Origin: Marsupella aquatica
Lineage: Eukaryota; Plantae; Marchantiophyta
Length of the DNA: 64,000 bases
Direction of reading: 5' to 3'
Assembly (NCBI GenBank): GCA_973895155.1
Contig: OZ316892.1
Location: forward strand, 7,919,251-7,983,250
Part shown: one piece after another, positions 40,001 through 53,700 of the stretch
How the letters are laid out: each line of letters opens with the position of its first letter
Numbering within the stretch: the stretch's first letter is position 1
Notes under the pieces: model-generated
What the model was told of the DNA's origin: nothing
The model's input: only the letters and a program-made list of their open reading frames with translations
Databases searched by the model: none
Program-made: the position numbers and the translations under genes

Positions 40001-42592
40001 GCATGAATTTGGAGCGATGAAAGAATCGAAGGATTAAGCTTGAGAATTTTCTTCGTAGGACACAAGGCATCTTTTATTATGGCACTCCTCACACAGGAAG
40101 TCCATGTGTAGACAACGCACTGGATCTTCATGCAAATCCTTTGCTTCAATACTTCAAAATTTTGAGCAAAGAGGCAAGTCGCATGAATTTAGAGTTTTCT
40201 CACTTGTGTATAGTACGTGAGTGGCGGATCCAAGGGCTAGGAGAAAGCCTCATTACCAATCAGGTACAAGGCATTTCCCTACGTAGATAATCCAACTGTT
40301 GTGTTTGACGATATTACTCTAGACAATTGCTAGATATTTCATGAAGATGTGTGTGAATTTTTCCCACTTTAACTGATTCTAGTTAATCGAAATGAAAAAG
40401 CTCTTCACTCCAGATAATTGATCGGTGGCTCACGGTAACCGTAGCTTGTATAAGACCCCATTGAAATCATGAGGTCATTTTTGTTTTATCAGAGGACTTT
40501 TCTTATTCTTTGTTTTTTCAATGGTCAATCCAGGGCATATTCCAGGGTGAAGTGGCACCAGAAGCATGTTCAAGGGATGGTCATGAATACAATGTGGTGC
40601 GAGCGGACCATGTATCAATCACCAAGCCGAAGAGTAAAACAGACAGGAGGTTCTCTGCCTTGAAGGGCCTCCTACTTGGGATTCTCGACAACAGAAAAGT
40701 AAAATGACTCTAGCCTTGTACCTCGACATGGCCTTACTAGTCCGTCTCCTTTTGACAGTCCTTGTAGCCTCAGTCAACAAGATGGGAATGGTATTCACCC
40801 ATCTTTCTAATGCCTAGAAGTAGCAGAATTTGTAGGCTTTTCACTATCAACCTAGGAAAGCCATTTTTATGTTTCCGAGTTTCTTGAATGTGTTTCGAAT
40901 ACAAATCAATACATGCTAAATTCAGAAATAGCTTTTTGATGAAAGGCGTCCTGCGAAAGAGCTGACAACTAAAAAGATTGAAGAACAATGTACGATAGCT
41001 TTGACAGTAACCAAAAAAAACTCTTGTAAGGTGATTGTGAGCAATGGTACCAACCCTCGGTTAAATGGTGAATAATTCCAAAGGAATTTCCAGCGTCTGT
41101 TCTTTCTCAATAGTCATTACTTATTTACATTACAATTTTCCTTCCCATTTCTCAGGTGGAGGTGCTTGGTCACCAATGTACGGGCCTTCCAGACTATCCA
41201 ATGGGGTTGGAGAAGATTGCACAAGAAGTTAAGGAGAGCCTAAACGATCATGCTATTCTAGGGATTGTGGGCATGGGAGGAATAGGGAAGAGCACCCTAG
41301 CCAGGCAAGTCTACAACACCATTTCTGCAGACTTTGAATATACTTGCTTCATCCCAAATCTCAAGGATATCAAAGGTGGATTGGAAGACTGGGTCAGAAC
41401 TCAATTCTATCGAAGTGGGATGAGTGTTGACAAGATCCAATGGGAGGAGTTGAAGAACATGGAAACTTTGATTGTTGCGGATGATGTGGACAGTGAGGAT
41501 CAATTAGGTGTGTTACCCAAATTGCACCAGTTGGGGGATAGTAGCAAGATTATTGTTACATCACGTGATAAGGGTATTTTGGACTTTTATGAAAAGCATG
41601 GAGTCTATGAAGTTAACTTTCTTGAGATGGATGTGGCAAAGAGGCTCTTTTGCAGACATGCATTCGGCCAAGAAGATATTCCAGGTCCTGCTCCCCAAAT
41701 GAAACACTTGGAAGCATATGTGGCAAAAGTTGTAGAAAAATGTGATGGCTTGCCACTCACTCTGGAAGTTATGGGCCGGTATCTTCGAAACCATACTACG
41801 AATGCTAACATATGGAAGGAGACCATAAAAAGGCTTGGAAATGCTCAAGCTATTGCTGGGGGTAAGAATGACAGAGTTTGGAAGTCACTCCAGGTCAGCT
41901 ATGATGCCCTTTTATCAGGAGAACAGGAGATGTTCGTTGAGGCAGCCACAATCTATTCTGGCTGGCCATTGAGCGTTGCTCATGCCGTGTGGAGCACCAC
42001 AATTGATGCCCCTGAGACCACCTGGGCCAATTTGATAAAAAGGTCAATGGTCAGAGTATCTTCGGGCCACCATTATTTAAGTCCGGTACTTGGAATGGTG
42101 GAGGTTGTATGGGTTCATGATCAGCTGCGAGACCTGGCAAGGAAGCTTGCGAAGGGCTTTTGCATACATGAGGATAATAAATGCCAGGCTGATCAGTTGC
42201 TCAGGAAGCTACATTCAAATGAGGTATGTATTTCCGCAGAAACTCAGATGGGTCTAATCCAAAACAATAAGCTTGGGTAGGATGTGTAAGCTTGCACCTC
42301 ATATTTCCAAACATATTGACTTGGATGATGCACGTTAGAGTCATGGTATAGTAGCATGTTAGGTTCAAGTTGCTGCAAAATTAATTTCATGAAGAGCAGA
42401 ATGGCGGTTTTGGCACATACCATCTTTTAATGAGATGCAGAAGAAAACAGTGACATTTGGGGCAAAGTAGGGTGTCGCAAAGCTTCAAAATTACAGATGA
42501 TGACATTATGCAATGGTCATAGTGTTTTCACAAAGTTCTGGACAAGTTTTGTTTGTTTTTTTCTTTCACTAGCCTCTAAAGTGACTGACAAT

Positions 42593-42939
42593 ACTGGCAC
42601 ACAACCAATCCTACTGGCAAAAAGTTATGGACTATGAATTTTGTAGTCTGTAACTTTGTGTGTCTGTAATCTGTAACTAGGGAGTTAAGACGGTAATGGC
42701 ATACAACCAATCCTTATGACAGAAAGGTATGCAATATGAATTTTGTAGTCTGTAACCTACCTGTAAGTAGGAGTTAAGGTCCATCAACCAATCCTTATGG
42801 CAGAAAGATATGGACTAAGAATGTAATTTGCAACCTGTAACTAGGAGTTAAAGGTCCATCAACCAATCATTATGGCAGAAAATTATGGACTATGAATTTT
42901 GTAGTTTGTAACTTGTAACTAAGAATTAAGGTCCATCAA
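42593..42939. repeat. ~77-bp tandem array, paralog of 30188-30548
   Basis: Same unit sequence, 4 copies. Confidence 0.88.
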
Positions 42940-43008
42940 GTTGTCAGCATTGAGACGCCCTGATGAGGACAGTAAGTTGCAAGTAGTGCGGGCAGAACCC
43001 AACTTCCT

Positions 43009-43310
43009 AACCAACTGACACTGGTCAGTTGGCCAGTCGATGAACCTAGAACCAAGAGGTCCCAAGTTCAATACACCCTCCACGTTCAAGGGTTGTGGAG
43101 GGTGAGTGTGTGTGTGGATGGGGTGTAGTGGGGGGAGTCCTGGTTCCTCTTCAACCCCTAGCTAGTCAGCTTTGGGGTTCTGGTCGAACCCTCTCTCCCT
43201 CCTGGTACTGGGTATGACCCCCCTTGTGGGCTACCCTACAGAGGTGCATGCTCCGGAGTTGATTGTCTGCCCTCTGTTGGATGGGTCAACTTTAGGTATT
43301 CAAGGCAAAA
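43009..43310 (+). mobile_element. tRNA-derived SINE-like insertion with 15-bp target-site duplication
   Basis: agaacccaacttcct is duplicated at 42994-43008 and 43311-43325 and occurs once at the empty site in copy 1 (about 30635-30649). A-box-like tggtcagttgg, B-box-like aagttcaatac, short A tail. Confidence 0.85.
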
Positions 43311-45584
43311 AGAACCCAACTTCCTCTACATCTAGGATTATTCTCTTCCTAAGTTTACTTTTCTTGTGCTCTTTGACTAAGCTGGGATTTGATCGTGAGC
43401 AGGTGAATGCAAATACGAGAATGCTGTGGCTTAGCGACCCGTCAGTTCCAGTTCAATTGGACTCCCTTGCTCGGTTGGAAAACCTCAGATACCTGTATTT
43501 GAACAACGTACAATACGAAGGATCAAGTGAAAATTTTCCAAGAAATATACTAAGAAATCTCTCCATGCTGAGGTGGACGAGTAGTCCTTATAATCTCACT
43601 CTCTTCTATCAATATCAACGATATGAATAATTTAACTTTTCTGCAAATCGATTATTGGACTGTTAGCGAGGGATTCTCCAAAGCCTTGGGCAGACTCAGC
43701 AACTTGCGCATGTTAGATCTTACGGACTTACGAGGGTTTGACAGCCTGCCAGTGGATCTTGGCAATCTTTCTCAGTTGAGAGAGTTGTATCTAAGATATC
43801 TCAATCTACTTAGACTTCCCGAATCGCTAGGCAATCTCTCGGCCCTGCAATACCTGCGTTTAGAAGGCTTACCACATTGTTCGGAGTTACCCGAGTCGGT
43901 TGGGGATCTCTCCTCGCTGGTAGCGTTACACATTAAAAGGTGTGAAAAGCTTGCAAGTCTGCCCACCTCTTTCGGGCGTGGCCTCAAGTCGCTGAAGGTT
44001 CTGGTCATCTTCGATTGCCCTCTGCTCGGGTGCCTACCTGAGGCTTTCGGGCAGCTGCGGGAGCTACAAAAGTTGAGAATTGAGAAATGTGACAAGCTGA
44101 GAGAGTTGGGGGATTCTTTGGGGAACTTGTCTGCACTCCAGTGTCTCGAACTGAGGAACCGAAATTTGGCAAAACTGCCCGAAAATCTCGGCTCCCTCAC
44201 ATGTCTCCAGAGTTTGACCATCGAGAGCTCTTCTTTGGAGCGTCTGCCTGATAGTCTTGGTGACCTCGTTCGGCTGAAGGATCTGGATCTGGTGATAAGC
44301 AGTGTGACGACTGTGCCCGAAAATCTCGGCTCCCTCGCATCTCTACAGACATTGACCATCGAGAGCGATTATTTGGAGAGGGTGCCTAATAGTCTCGGAG
44401 ACCTCGTTCGGCTGGAGGATTTGCATCTTACGATAAAGAGTGTGACGGCTCTGCCCGACAGTTTGGAGAACCTCTCCTCAGGGTTGGAATGGTTGATAAT
44501 CACAGCGAACAGCTTGGAGAGCTTACCAAACAATATTGGGCAACTCTCTTCTCTGCGAGCATTAGACCTCATCGATTGCGACTGTCTGGAGAAGCTTCCT
44601 GAGAGTTTTGGGGACCTATGGTCATTGGAAAGATTGAGTATCAGTTCCAAACGCCTGACGAGGCTCCCCGAGAGTATAGGACGGCTTCAATGGATGCGAT
44701 TATTTACTCTTGATGCAGAAAGGGTGATGTCTTTACCGGAGAGCATCGGGCAATTGAAGTCATTGCAACAGTTTGAATTGTGCTGTGAAAAACTAGAGCG
44801 GCTGCCCCACGGTATGGACCATCTCCCGTTGTCCTCGCTTGCTCTAACGCTCACTGGTAGAGGGATTCGGAAGACAGAGAACTGGCCTACTCCGGCCCCT
44901 TGTCAAAAAGGAGTTGCAGAGACCCTACCGAATGGTCTCGACAGCCTTTCAGCAATCGAAGACCTAACACTTAAGGATTTTAGTTTCAGGAAGTTGCCCG
45001 CAGAAATTGGAAAGTTTTCGTCTCTACGAAGTCTGAAAATTATCTTTTGCTGCCGGTTAGACAGTCGTCCGGATAGCTTGGGATGCATATCCTCTCTACG
45101 AGAAATGGTGCTTGAGAGTTGCTGGCAGTTGGAAACTCTACCGGACAGCTTAGGAAGGCCCTTTTCTGGTCAAGTAGCACTACCACACGAAGAAGGGAGG
45201 GATGAGAAACTTGTCGAAAAGCCGACCTCCCAACGATTGGCTACCGAGGGCCTGCTCCTAGGGATTGATATTTGTCCACACCTGGTTGAGTCGCTGATGA
45301 GCAAATTGGGCTGGGTGAGGACACTCATAGATGAGCGCTGGAGAAACTGGTACCGAAGAGAAGACGCGATTTCACAGGCTTAGTGAATTTGTCATGACAA
45401 TCCTCAAAATCCGCCATGCCAAGTATGGGAACTAGTCGCTGTACACAACTGTTACTTGCTGGCTTCTGTTGATGTGCGAGGCTTAATGCTCTCTGTGAGT
45501 TTTGAAGATCATACTGGACAGCTTGGTAAGTCTCTCGTTTCCTGACATCTCATTGCCGCCAGCTTTGGAAAAATCTTTACTGAA

Positions 45585-46170
45585 GACGATGCATTTCATG
45601 AAACTTTTCGTGAGCCTGTGGTAGACGAGTTTGGCAGGGTTTCTATATATTGTCTCTCCCGCCCTCTGTCTCTGCTGTTTCCTCTCCATGATTCCCAGCT
45701 CCGAGGAAAATGCACGGGTTCAGGACTTAAATTAAGAAAGGAAGGAGGGGGGCCGCAACCAAAAAAGAAAGGTCTTCCTATTATTATGAGCATCATGCGT
45801 GAAGCCGAATCAGGTTTTTTTTCGGCGATCTTGTTGAGCCCATTCAATGACTAGCGAAGCCTGACCCCTGCTCGACATTTACGATATCGTTGATGTGGTG
45901 TCTCAGGTGCTGTACTACAGGTGACAGGTTGAAATGTGATTGAGCTTTCACATTGTGCGCAAATTTATGGAAGCCAATGCTCGTCAAATTGGCACCTCAG
46001 GACCATCGCGTTGCATCGGAGCCTCTTAAGTCGAGCCGTTGTACTGTGGAGGTCAGGGTTAAGGGCTTTAGCTTTATATTATCTATCTCATCGAGCAATA
46101 TTCTATGGGAAGTTTTCCTATCCCACTGGTGTCTTCATCGCGACTGTGCAATAAATTATGTCAGTTATCA
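45585..46170. repeat. ~600-bp direct repeat; second copy at ~54637-55420, on the other side of accC
   Basis: gatgcatttcatgaaact...tgagcctgtggtagacgag...gggccgcaaccaaaaaagaaaggtcttcct...gttaagggctttagctttatat is shared by both copies. Confidence 0.9.
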
Positions 46171-46319
46171 TCGTTGCATTTGTTCTACTCTGGGAAGTTT
46201 TCGTACTAAACTGCCATCTTCATCTGTGGGTAAGGTACATCAGAGTTTCCTTGTTAAAAGCTACATGAAGTGACATACATTCCTTGTTAAAAGCTGCATG
46301 AAGTGACATACATTCATTG

Positions 46320-46594
46320 TAGGGAAAGCATTTCAGGGTGAGCCCCCACTATCCAAAAGGGACCCACACCAGGAGGGAGAGAGGATTAAAGCAGGTCACA
46401 TAGTGTACAAGGACCCACACCAGGAGGGAGAGAGGATTAAGGCAGGGTCACAAAGTGAACAACCAAGGGCCGACTGGGTAATCAGAACTCCCATGCACTG
46501 TCCACAAAACCCATCCCATACTCTACACCCCTGGAGGGGGATTGGACCTTTAGCTCCAGGCTCATCCCCTAGCCAAGTAACCTAGGCCAGTTGG
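46320..46594 (-). mobile_element. Diverged second member of the same SINE-like family
   Basis: Reverse complement begins accaactggcctaggttacttggctaggggatgagcctggagc and contains cctctctccctcctggt (duplicated), similar to 43009-43310. Confidence 0.55.
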
Positions 46595-47557
46595 TATGTC
46601 ACACGGTTTTCTGTATAAGCGGTACTCCTGGGAAGGGTTTCCTTGCCACTCAACTCCGTGGAAAATGTAGTTTCATCTTGAGAGGTTAGAGGGATTCCCA
46701 ATTGGATCAATTGTCAGGGAAATTTTGCATTCGAAGTGAACTCCTTTAAAAAGTTTGCATGAACGCAACACTACAACTGATGAGGTGAGGGATTTCTGCA
46801 AGCCATGAGTTGGGCTGGGAGGTTTGTGAACAGGCTCCACTCGGTTACTCAGAACATTGGAGTGAGGTGGTTGTGGGCCACGAAGACAGCCATCTGATGC
46901 ATATGCACAATGTCACAAATCCTTCTCCAACCTTAGTTTACAATCACTACAGAAAATCACCAGTTAGATTTTCTGTGGTTAATTGTAATAAACGAACCTA
47001 ATTGAAAGGTATCAGGTCCTCGTTTGTGGATCTCGGGGCATAGTTTCTTACCTTGCCCAAACCGCTGAAGGAGAATGTCATGTCCCACGGATGAAGAGTT
47101 GAAATTAATGTCATGTCCCACGGATGAAGAGTTGAAATTATTTTGCAGACACTAAGAATGACAGCCTGCAACATCACTGTGCTTCTCACTGTGGCATGTT
47201 CTAATGGATTCCTCGTCCAAAGGTTGAGAGACCGCGGAAAAAAAACCTATTCCACACTGCTTTTTCCTCAAATAATCGTTATAGGACCAAGAAGATATGA
47301 CAGAAAATTCACTACTGATTCTGTTTCCCAATCTAAAGGAACTGAGCAGTTCACAGAACGTTCATGAACATACATTGGCCCTGAAGTGTTTCAACACATC
47401 TCTAATCAATGCTCTTAAAGCCGGGCTTGTAATGAAGGCTGGGAACGCCAATTCTTTGAATCCACATTCGGCCTCCATCGCCATATAAGGTGCTCGTAAT
47501 GACGGTTGGGAACGCTGTTATAAGTGGGCTGTTGCCCGAAAACAAATGTTGTACTTC

Positions 47558-50500
47558 TTACACAACTGCAGCTACTTTCTCTCTATTAATAAGACTCGGA
47601 AGTGGGTTATCTGCAGAAGGCTGCACAAGGAGAGAACAAATCAGATCAGTCGATGTCAAACATGAGGGAAGCTTCCCAGATAGCATCATTTACATTTAGA
47701 ATCAACACCTGCAGTCCCGTTAGTAAAGCACGGACATTAAATTACTTAATAGCCCAAAATGAACGACATTGCCTGGGTTGCTGCGTCTTAACGGTTGAGA
47801 AAATGAATGGCCTAGCCCTTAGGGTAACTAGTAATAATCATCTTGGCTCCTGAGTGCCATACAATTTACTCCGTGTTACCAGAGACTGCCCACATTTCAA
47901 TTTTTCTAATCCATGGACCTCGTACGACCAGACATCATGGAGGTTCAAACGGTATTCAGAAACAGAAATTCTTCATAAAATTGACATGCAACTAGGGTTT
48001 TGCTGCAATACTAGGAGGTCAAAAAAAAGATTAAAGATGGCGTAGCGGGCTTACAGCTTGAAGCTCGGCTTCATGTTTGGGAATGAATGCAGTGTCTACC
48101 TTCCCATCCTTGAAATCCTGCAAGCATAGAGGTCCATGTTATTACGCCACAAACTTTTTTGGTTCCAAATTGTTCCCTGATGGCAAGAAAATATGTACTA
48201 TCAAAACACTGCCCCTTGCTCTACTGAGACCAGTTCACAAAAATCACCCAAACCTTTGAAGTTTCGATAGTGCTGTACTACTTTCGGGTAAGTATGTACC
48301 TGGACTTCTAACAGAAGCTTGTGGTAGTCAATCGTGGTTGGAATGCCTGACAAAAACAAACGCCAGCAATAGGTGACTTATGAGGATGAGGAAACTTGCA
48401 GACTGGATGGTGCTCGTAACCTCTTCTGGCACACTTCAACATAACACAGAGAAAACATGCAGTATTCCTGGTTCGAAAAAAAACGTTCCTGAGTAAAATG
48501 TACGCACAGGCAGTAAAGCTTTAGGCGACTGGCGTTCAAAACCCATTAGTATCAGATGACTCTGGATTTCTACATCAGAGGCCACTCAAGACACTAAACT
48601 GGAAGTTCAGCAAAACCCTGACCAGTTATTATTGTATCATTGAGAGCCCGTTGCATTCGAACAATGGCTCTCTCCCTTGTAGGTGCCCAAACAATAAGCT
48701 GTGACAGCACAGATCAGAGAGTTTAAACGCTGTCAGCACTAACACCAACATATCTTCTCATGTTGATACTTCCGTGCCAGGCGCAGAGAAATTCTTGCAG
48801 TTTAGTCACTGATATCATACAAAGAGAATGATACCACCTCCCATACCTTGCCGAGAAGCGAGTCATAGCTGGGAGGAACAACATAGTCTGTGTAGATGTG
48901 ACTGTCCATCCTCACAAATGGACCTCCAGGGGGCAAGTATCCAGTAATACGACCTGCAGATCGTAGAATTCTTAATCAGTGCCAAACTCTTGACAATCTC
49001 AGATCACAAGTGAATGCTGAAGCCCACTGGAACGAGATTCTCACCTGGACCAGGACGGAACCCTTGGAAGGCATCCTCAGCGTTAATCCGGCATTCAATC
49101 GAATGCCCTCGGATAACAATGTCCTCCTGTGATAAGAGTACATTCCAGGTGTCAGACAATGTCAATCTTGCGATCATGGAACTAAAAGAAGAACCGCTCT
49201 GCTCGGACTTTGATTAAACAGAACTTGTACCTGTTTAAAGCGCAGTTTCTCGCCCAAAGCAACGCGGATCTGCTCCTCAATAAGATCAGTAGAGGTGATC
49301 ATCTCCGTTACAGGGTGTTCCACCTGTCCATTGATCAAAGTCAGGGCTGTCAGCGCAACCGAGGCCAGCATGCTGTGTGGAAAATGAAGTCTCTACAAGT
49401 TTCTTGAATACTTCGTACGTGCATTTCTGCTATCATACTGACTCCATGTTATCCACCCACATATCACAAACTAAAGACCTACAAACAAGGAGGAAAAGAC
49501 CTGATAGATCTTACGGCAGTAGCTTTCTGACCCGGTGCAGATACCATGGGAGTATATAACAAAGAAATATTTATACATAAGCCAACTGTACGGGTTCCAT
49601 TTTGAAGACGACGTTGTGCATAGAAATCGTGCTTGCCGAAAAATGGAACACCTAACCACAAGATATTGCCTCTATCCAGTGATGTGACTTCCTATTAGCA
49701 CCTGAATACGAGTATTCATCTCCATGAAGTAGAACGATTCGCCATCCTCATCCAGCAGAAACTCTATGGTTCCAACACCGACGTAACCAATTGATGCAGC
49801 CGCTGCCACAGCAGCATCTCCCATGGCCTTACGGAGTTCAGGAGTTAAAGCTGGTGATGGAGCTTCTTCAAGAAGTTTCTGGTTCCTCCTCTGGATATCA
49901 GCACAAACGGCTAGTAGATTCAGTCCTGACTGTCATGCACTGGAAGACGATAATGTACTTCACATGTGCTGAATGCTGTCCTTAGTTTGTGCGCAGACCT
50001 GGACCAATTCACGTTTGCTACAATTTGCCTGTGCAACAATCACATCAATAGCCTCTCATACATCACTTCTTAGCATCCATGCAAAAGCTGACCTGAATAC
50101 TGCAGTCACGTTCCCCAAGATGGACCACATTGCCATGCTTGTCTGCAAGGACCTGCAAGGTTGGCCAATGGTGTTACTAGAAAAGCACACGAACCCTGAT
50201 GGCGGGACATATCAAATACAGGGGAACGGAACAAGCTAGAATTCGATCTCATCGAACAAAAACTAATTGCAAAATATAAAATTATAAAAGACCTAGGCAT
50301 TTTGCCAACGCAAGTTGATCGAAGTTAAGCACACCTGAAACTCAATGTGCCTTGGATTCATGATGCATCTCTCCAAGTACACACCATCATTGCCAAAAGC
50401 AGCTCCAGCTTCACTTCGAGCTTGCTGGAAAATTTGCAACAAGATCACAGATTGAGTTAGTTAAATTGGAACCATTGAGAAACGCGAAGCAAGAACCAAG

Positions 50501-52597
50501 ATTCAAATTCACGAAGCACTCCATTATTACCTTGCTTACATCTTTCAGAGATACAAACAAGGACATCAACAGAGCTTGATAAAATCATTTCATCAATCGA
50601 ACAGATCTCATATTACTAAAATGTACAAAATTAACATTAAATTATGTAATATCATAGTGATCAGACTAATCTGGTGATAATTTGGCCCAAGTACCTTGTA
50701 AAACCATCACCAGATTTCTCCAGGACTCTGCTTATCTAAGCTGAAGAGCTGCACCTCAAAGACTACAAAATGAAAAGAGCGTAGCTCACCTGTAGTAGTT
50801 TCACAAACTCCCCAGGTTCTTTTGCAAGTCGCATACCTCGTCCTCCTCCTCCAGCAGTGGCCTGAAACCAAAAAACCAACGTCCCAATCATCACAAACTA
50901 CCATACCACATTTTCGAGTCGCATGATTCAACTCTTGCTGGAGAGTCCATAACGTAACAAATTGACTTCACCTAATTAGGAACACAAGGATTGCGAGGCG
51001 ATTATTAATGACGATTCAATAGGCAGGATTTCAGACTATACCTTGATCATGACGGGGAATCCAATTTCATGGGCAATTCTTATAGCTTCTTCGGTTGTCT
51101 GCACATTAATAGTTATCAATGGTCAACAATAATAACCCTGTTGTATTCAAGTGCGCCGGCAACTTCAGCCTGTGACAGGACTATCTTGTCCGTCCGTTTG
51201 TCTACTTATCTCCCCGGCTCCGACATGAACTGACATTTTCAGTTGTGATCATCCACTGCTTCACGACTTTTTTTAAATGTCTTGTGAAAGCTGACGAATT
51301 CTAACTTTGTTCACATACTGCACATCATCCCATCATCGCTAATGACAAAAATTAAGTTACTGGTAGGCACTTCATGGTGTCGCATTTCACCAGATAGTTC
51401 CAGGCATGATGAGAGACATTGCAAATACCTCTATGAGCCCTGCGCTGCCAGGAACGGTGGGCACACCGGCCTTCCTCATCGTTTCTCGCGCTGTAGCCTT
51501 GTCACCCATAACGCGAATGCTGTCGGGCTGCCAAGCCAGACAAGTGAGAGTGAGCCTCGAGAACTAGCCGATGTGAACCGACAGGCTTATCTACAGACGC
51601 ATTCCTTCTGTATAGGTCCCAGAAAGTGACAGATGAGAAAATTCACTTTCTGACCGGTTTTAGAGGCTCACATTCGGACCAATGAAGTTCAGACTATGGT
51701 CCCTGCAGATGTCTACAAAAGTGGCATTCTCAGCAAGGAAACCATATCCAGGGTGCAGCATCGTACAACGGCGGCTCAGGGCTGCCGAGACGATGTTTGG
51801 AATATTCAAATAGCTGCAAAAAACAGTAAAACCGGTGGAATTTAAGTCACTTTGCGCACTAGTGTACCATTCAGCAATGGCTTGGGTTTAGATTGATGAC
51901 GCAAAGAAACAACTGAACCTTTCCACCCCCACAGATCACCAACGAACAGGAAGGTTGCAAAAGCCATCCCGCCCATATAGATCGACATGTACAAGTATCA
52001 TGGAGCTTACGACTGACTACTAGGAGCCTCCCCGATGCAGACAGCTTCATCAGCAAGTTGCACGTGAAGGGCCTGTCGGTCAATAGTGGAGTGTACTGCC
52101 ACGCAGGGAATGCCCATCTCATGAGCTGTGCGGATAATACGCACTGCAATTTCTCCCCTGTTGGCGACCAAGATCTTCTCATATTCGCAGGTGCTGACGA
52201 GTGCTCCACCTTGAGCTTTGCTACTTTTGCCTTTAGTCGACACTACGGCTGCCTGTTTCCATGCAGAGGACTCCTCGCCACACCGGAATCCAGAGCTGGC
52301 GCTTCTCACGTTTTGGAGAGCCCCACCAAGTACTTTCTGAGGGGCAGCGCAGCATGACCTGCCCTTAGGGGTCCCTCTGCTGCTGATGGGCACAACACCT
52401 GGAACCTGCGATGGTCAAAGAGCTCGCACGTTAAGAGAAAAATTCCGACCTGGAATAATGCGAGGAGGATCTCTACCTTCGTTCACCCTGATGGTTTTCC
52501 TCGGACAAAACACATGCAAGGAGGATGCATTATTCGTTCTGTACTTAGCAATTCCCATCTGACCCGTCTCAGCTGTAATCGACGAAGCAGCGGCCAT
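47558..52597 (-). CDS. accC: Plastid acetyl-CoA carboxylase biotin carboxylase subunit, ~16 exons with N-terminal transit peptide
   Basis: Spliced translation: [23 protein letters not shown]...SYLNIPN...[11 protein letters not shown]...MGDKATAR...[18 protein letters not shown]...[11 protein letters not shown]...[20 protein letters not shown]...[19 protein letters not shown]...[12 protein letters not shown]...[16 protein letters not shown]...GIPTTIDYH...[10 protein letters not shown]. First exon (from 52597) and last exon (47620-47558, [20 protein letters not shown]) are best guesses. Confidence 0.96.
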
Positions 52598-53700
52598 GAT
52601 GATTCAACGACATTTCTTAAAGTTTCGGTAGGTCCTAATTAGACAAACGAATAAAATTTGGGGAAGATAAGGGAGGGGGAAGCCGCAATTCAGTTCAGCG
52701 AATTTGAAAACCGACGAGCACCTAACAAACAATCAATATAGCTCCTGTAGAATTCTTCTCGACCTATTAACTGAGGCAGAAGTACGGAATGGGGTGAAGA
52801 TAACTACCACTGCTGACGCTGGCGCGAATGTCATGGTCTCCATTCCGACGAAGAAAATTCCCGAGTGCAATAAGGGCTTTCCCTAACAAGAAGTGTTGGT
52901 ACGCAGGGAGAATTCGATTCCTCACAAAGAGTCGCTGCCTGATTGATCGCCCTGCGCTACGTAGAGGTATGCGATCAGTAGCCAAGGTCGACTCTTCTAA
53001 CTACTAGAGCTAACGAGACTTGCTACGCGGTTCAAATTCTTCAAAATGAAACAAAGCAGCATTGTTGTTAGAGCTCGGCGCAGCAATCAGGTCCAAAATA
53101 AAGAAAGTATAGACCTCACAGCAGAGAGTCTCTCCATTACCTTCAGCGCTCTCTACTCTGCGATCAAGAGCACGTCCCCAATGCACCACACTGAAACCCA
53201 GAACTGAAGTATTAGACCTCACAACAGAGAGTCTCTCCTTCACGGCTCTCTACTCTGCGATCAAGAGCGGCCTCTCTGTTCTGGGAAAGCAATCAACAGC
53301 TCCACCTACGCCGAATCAGGGGTGTGCCCTACAGGACTTCGAATTCCTCGCGGCCTCTTGGGGATCGTCGCCCGTCACAGAATCAAATGGCGCTCCGTCT
53401 CTTGGGATGTTCGCTGCTTCCCACGTCGAAGCGATATCGCGCAGAGGATACGCTGGTGCGGAAAGTCGAGATCGCAGCATGGAAGGGACCGAATGACTGA
53501 TTCTTCCGAGCTCGAAATGCTCCGAACGAATTTTCCGACTTGTCACGATTGTGAGCAACATCCCCTCCGCCAACAAAGGCCAACATTTTGTCTTGTTTTT
53601 TCTCGGTTACACACTATTACTGTAATTATTACAGGATTCGCTCACAGTCATGTAAGGACCCAACAAACACTGAAAAAATAAGCCGAGAAAACATGGGGGA

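Larger units (their letters stand above)
39098..45383 (+). pseudogene. Full-length paralog of the TM-hydrolase NLR, disabled. Exons 39098-39358, 39613-40263, 40534-40698, 41156-42223, 43403-45383
   Basis: Same exon structure and high identity to 25510-32723. Premature TGA at 40018-40020 (TTG in copy 1) and a 2-nt deletion near 43607 that frameshifts the LRR exon. Confidence 0.9.

Noticed and set aside
43172-43402. Apparent hydrophobic N-terminal extension of the LRR ORF in copy 2
   Set aside because: Read-through of SINE and intron sequence upstream of the true acceptor at 43402/43403.
50350-50380. ERCIMNPRH in accC where an aromatic residue is usual
   Set aside because: Single substitution in an otherwise canonical protein; no sign of pseudogenisation or editing.
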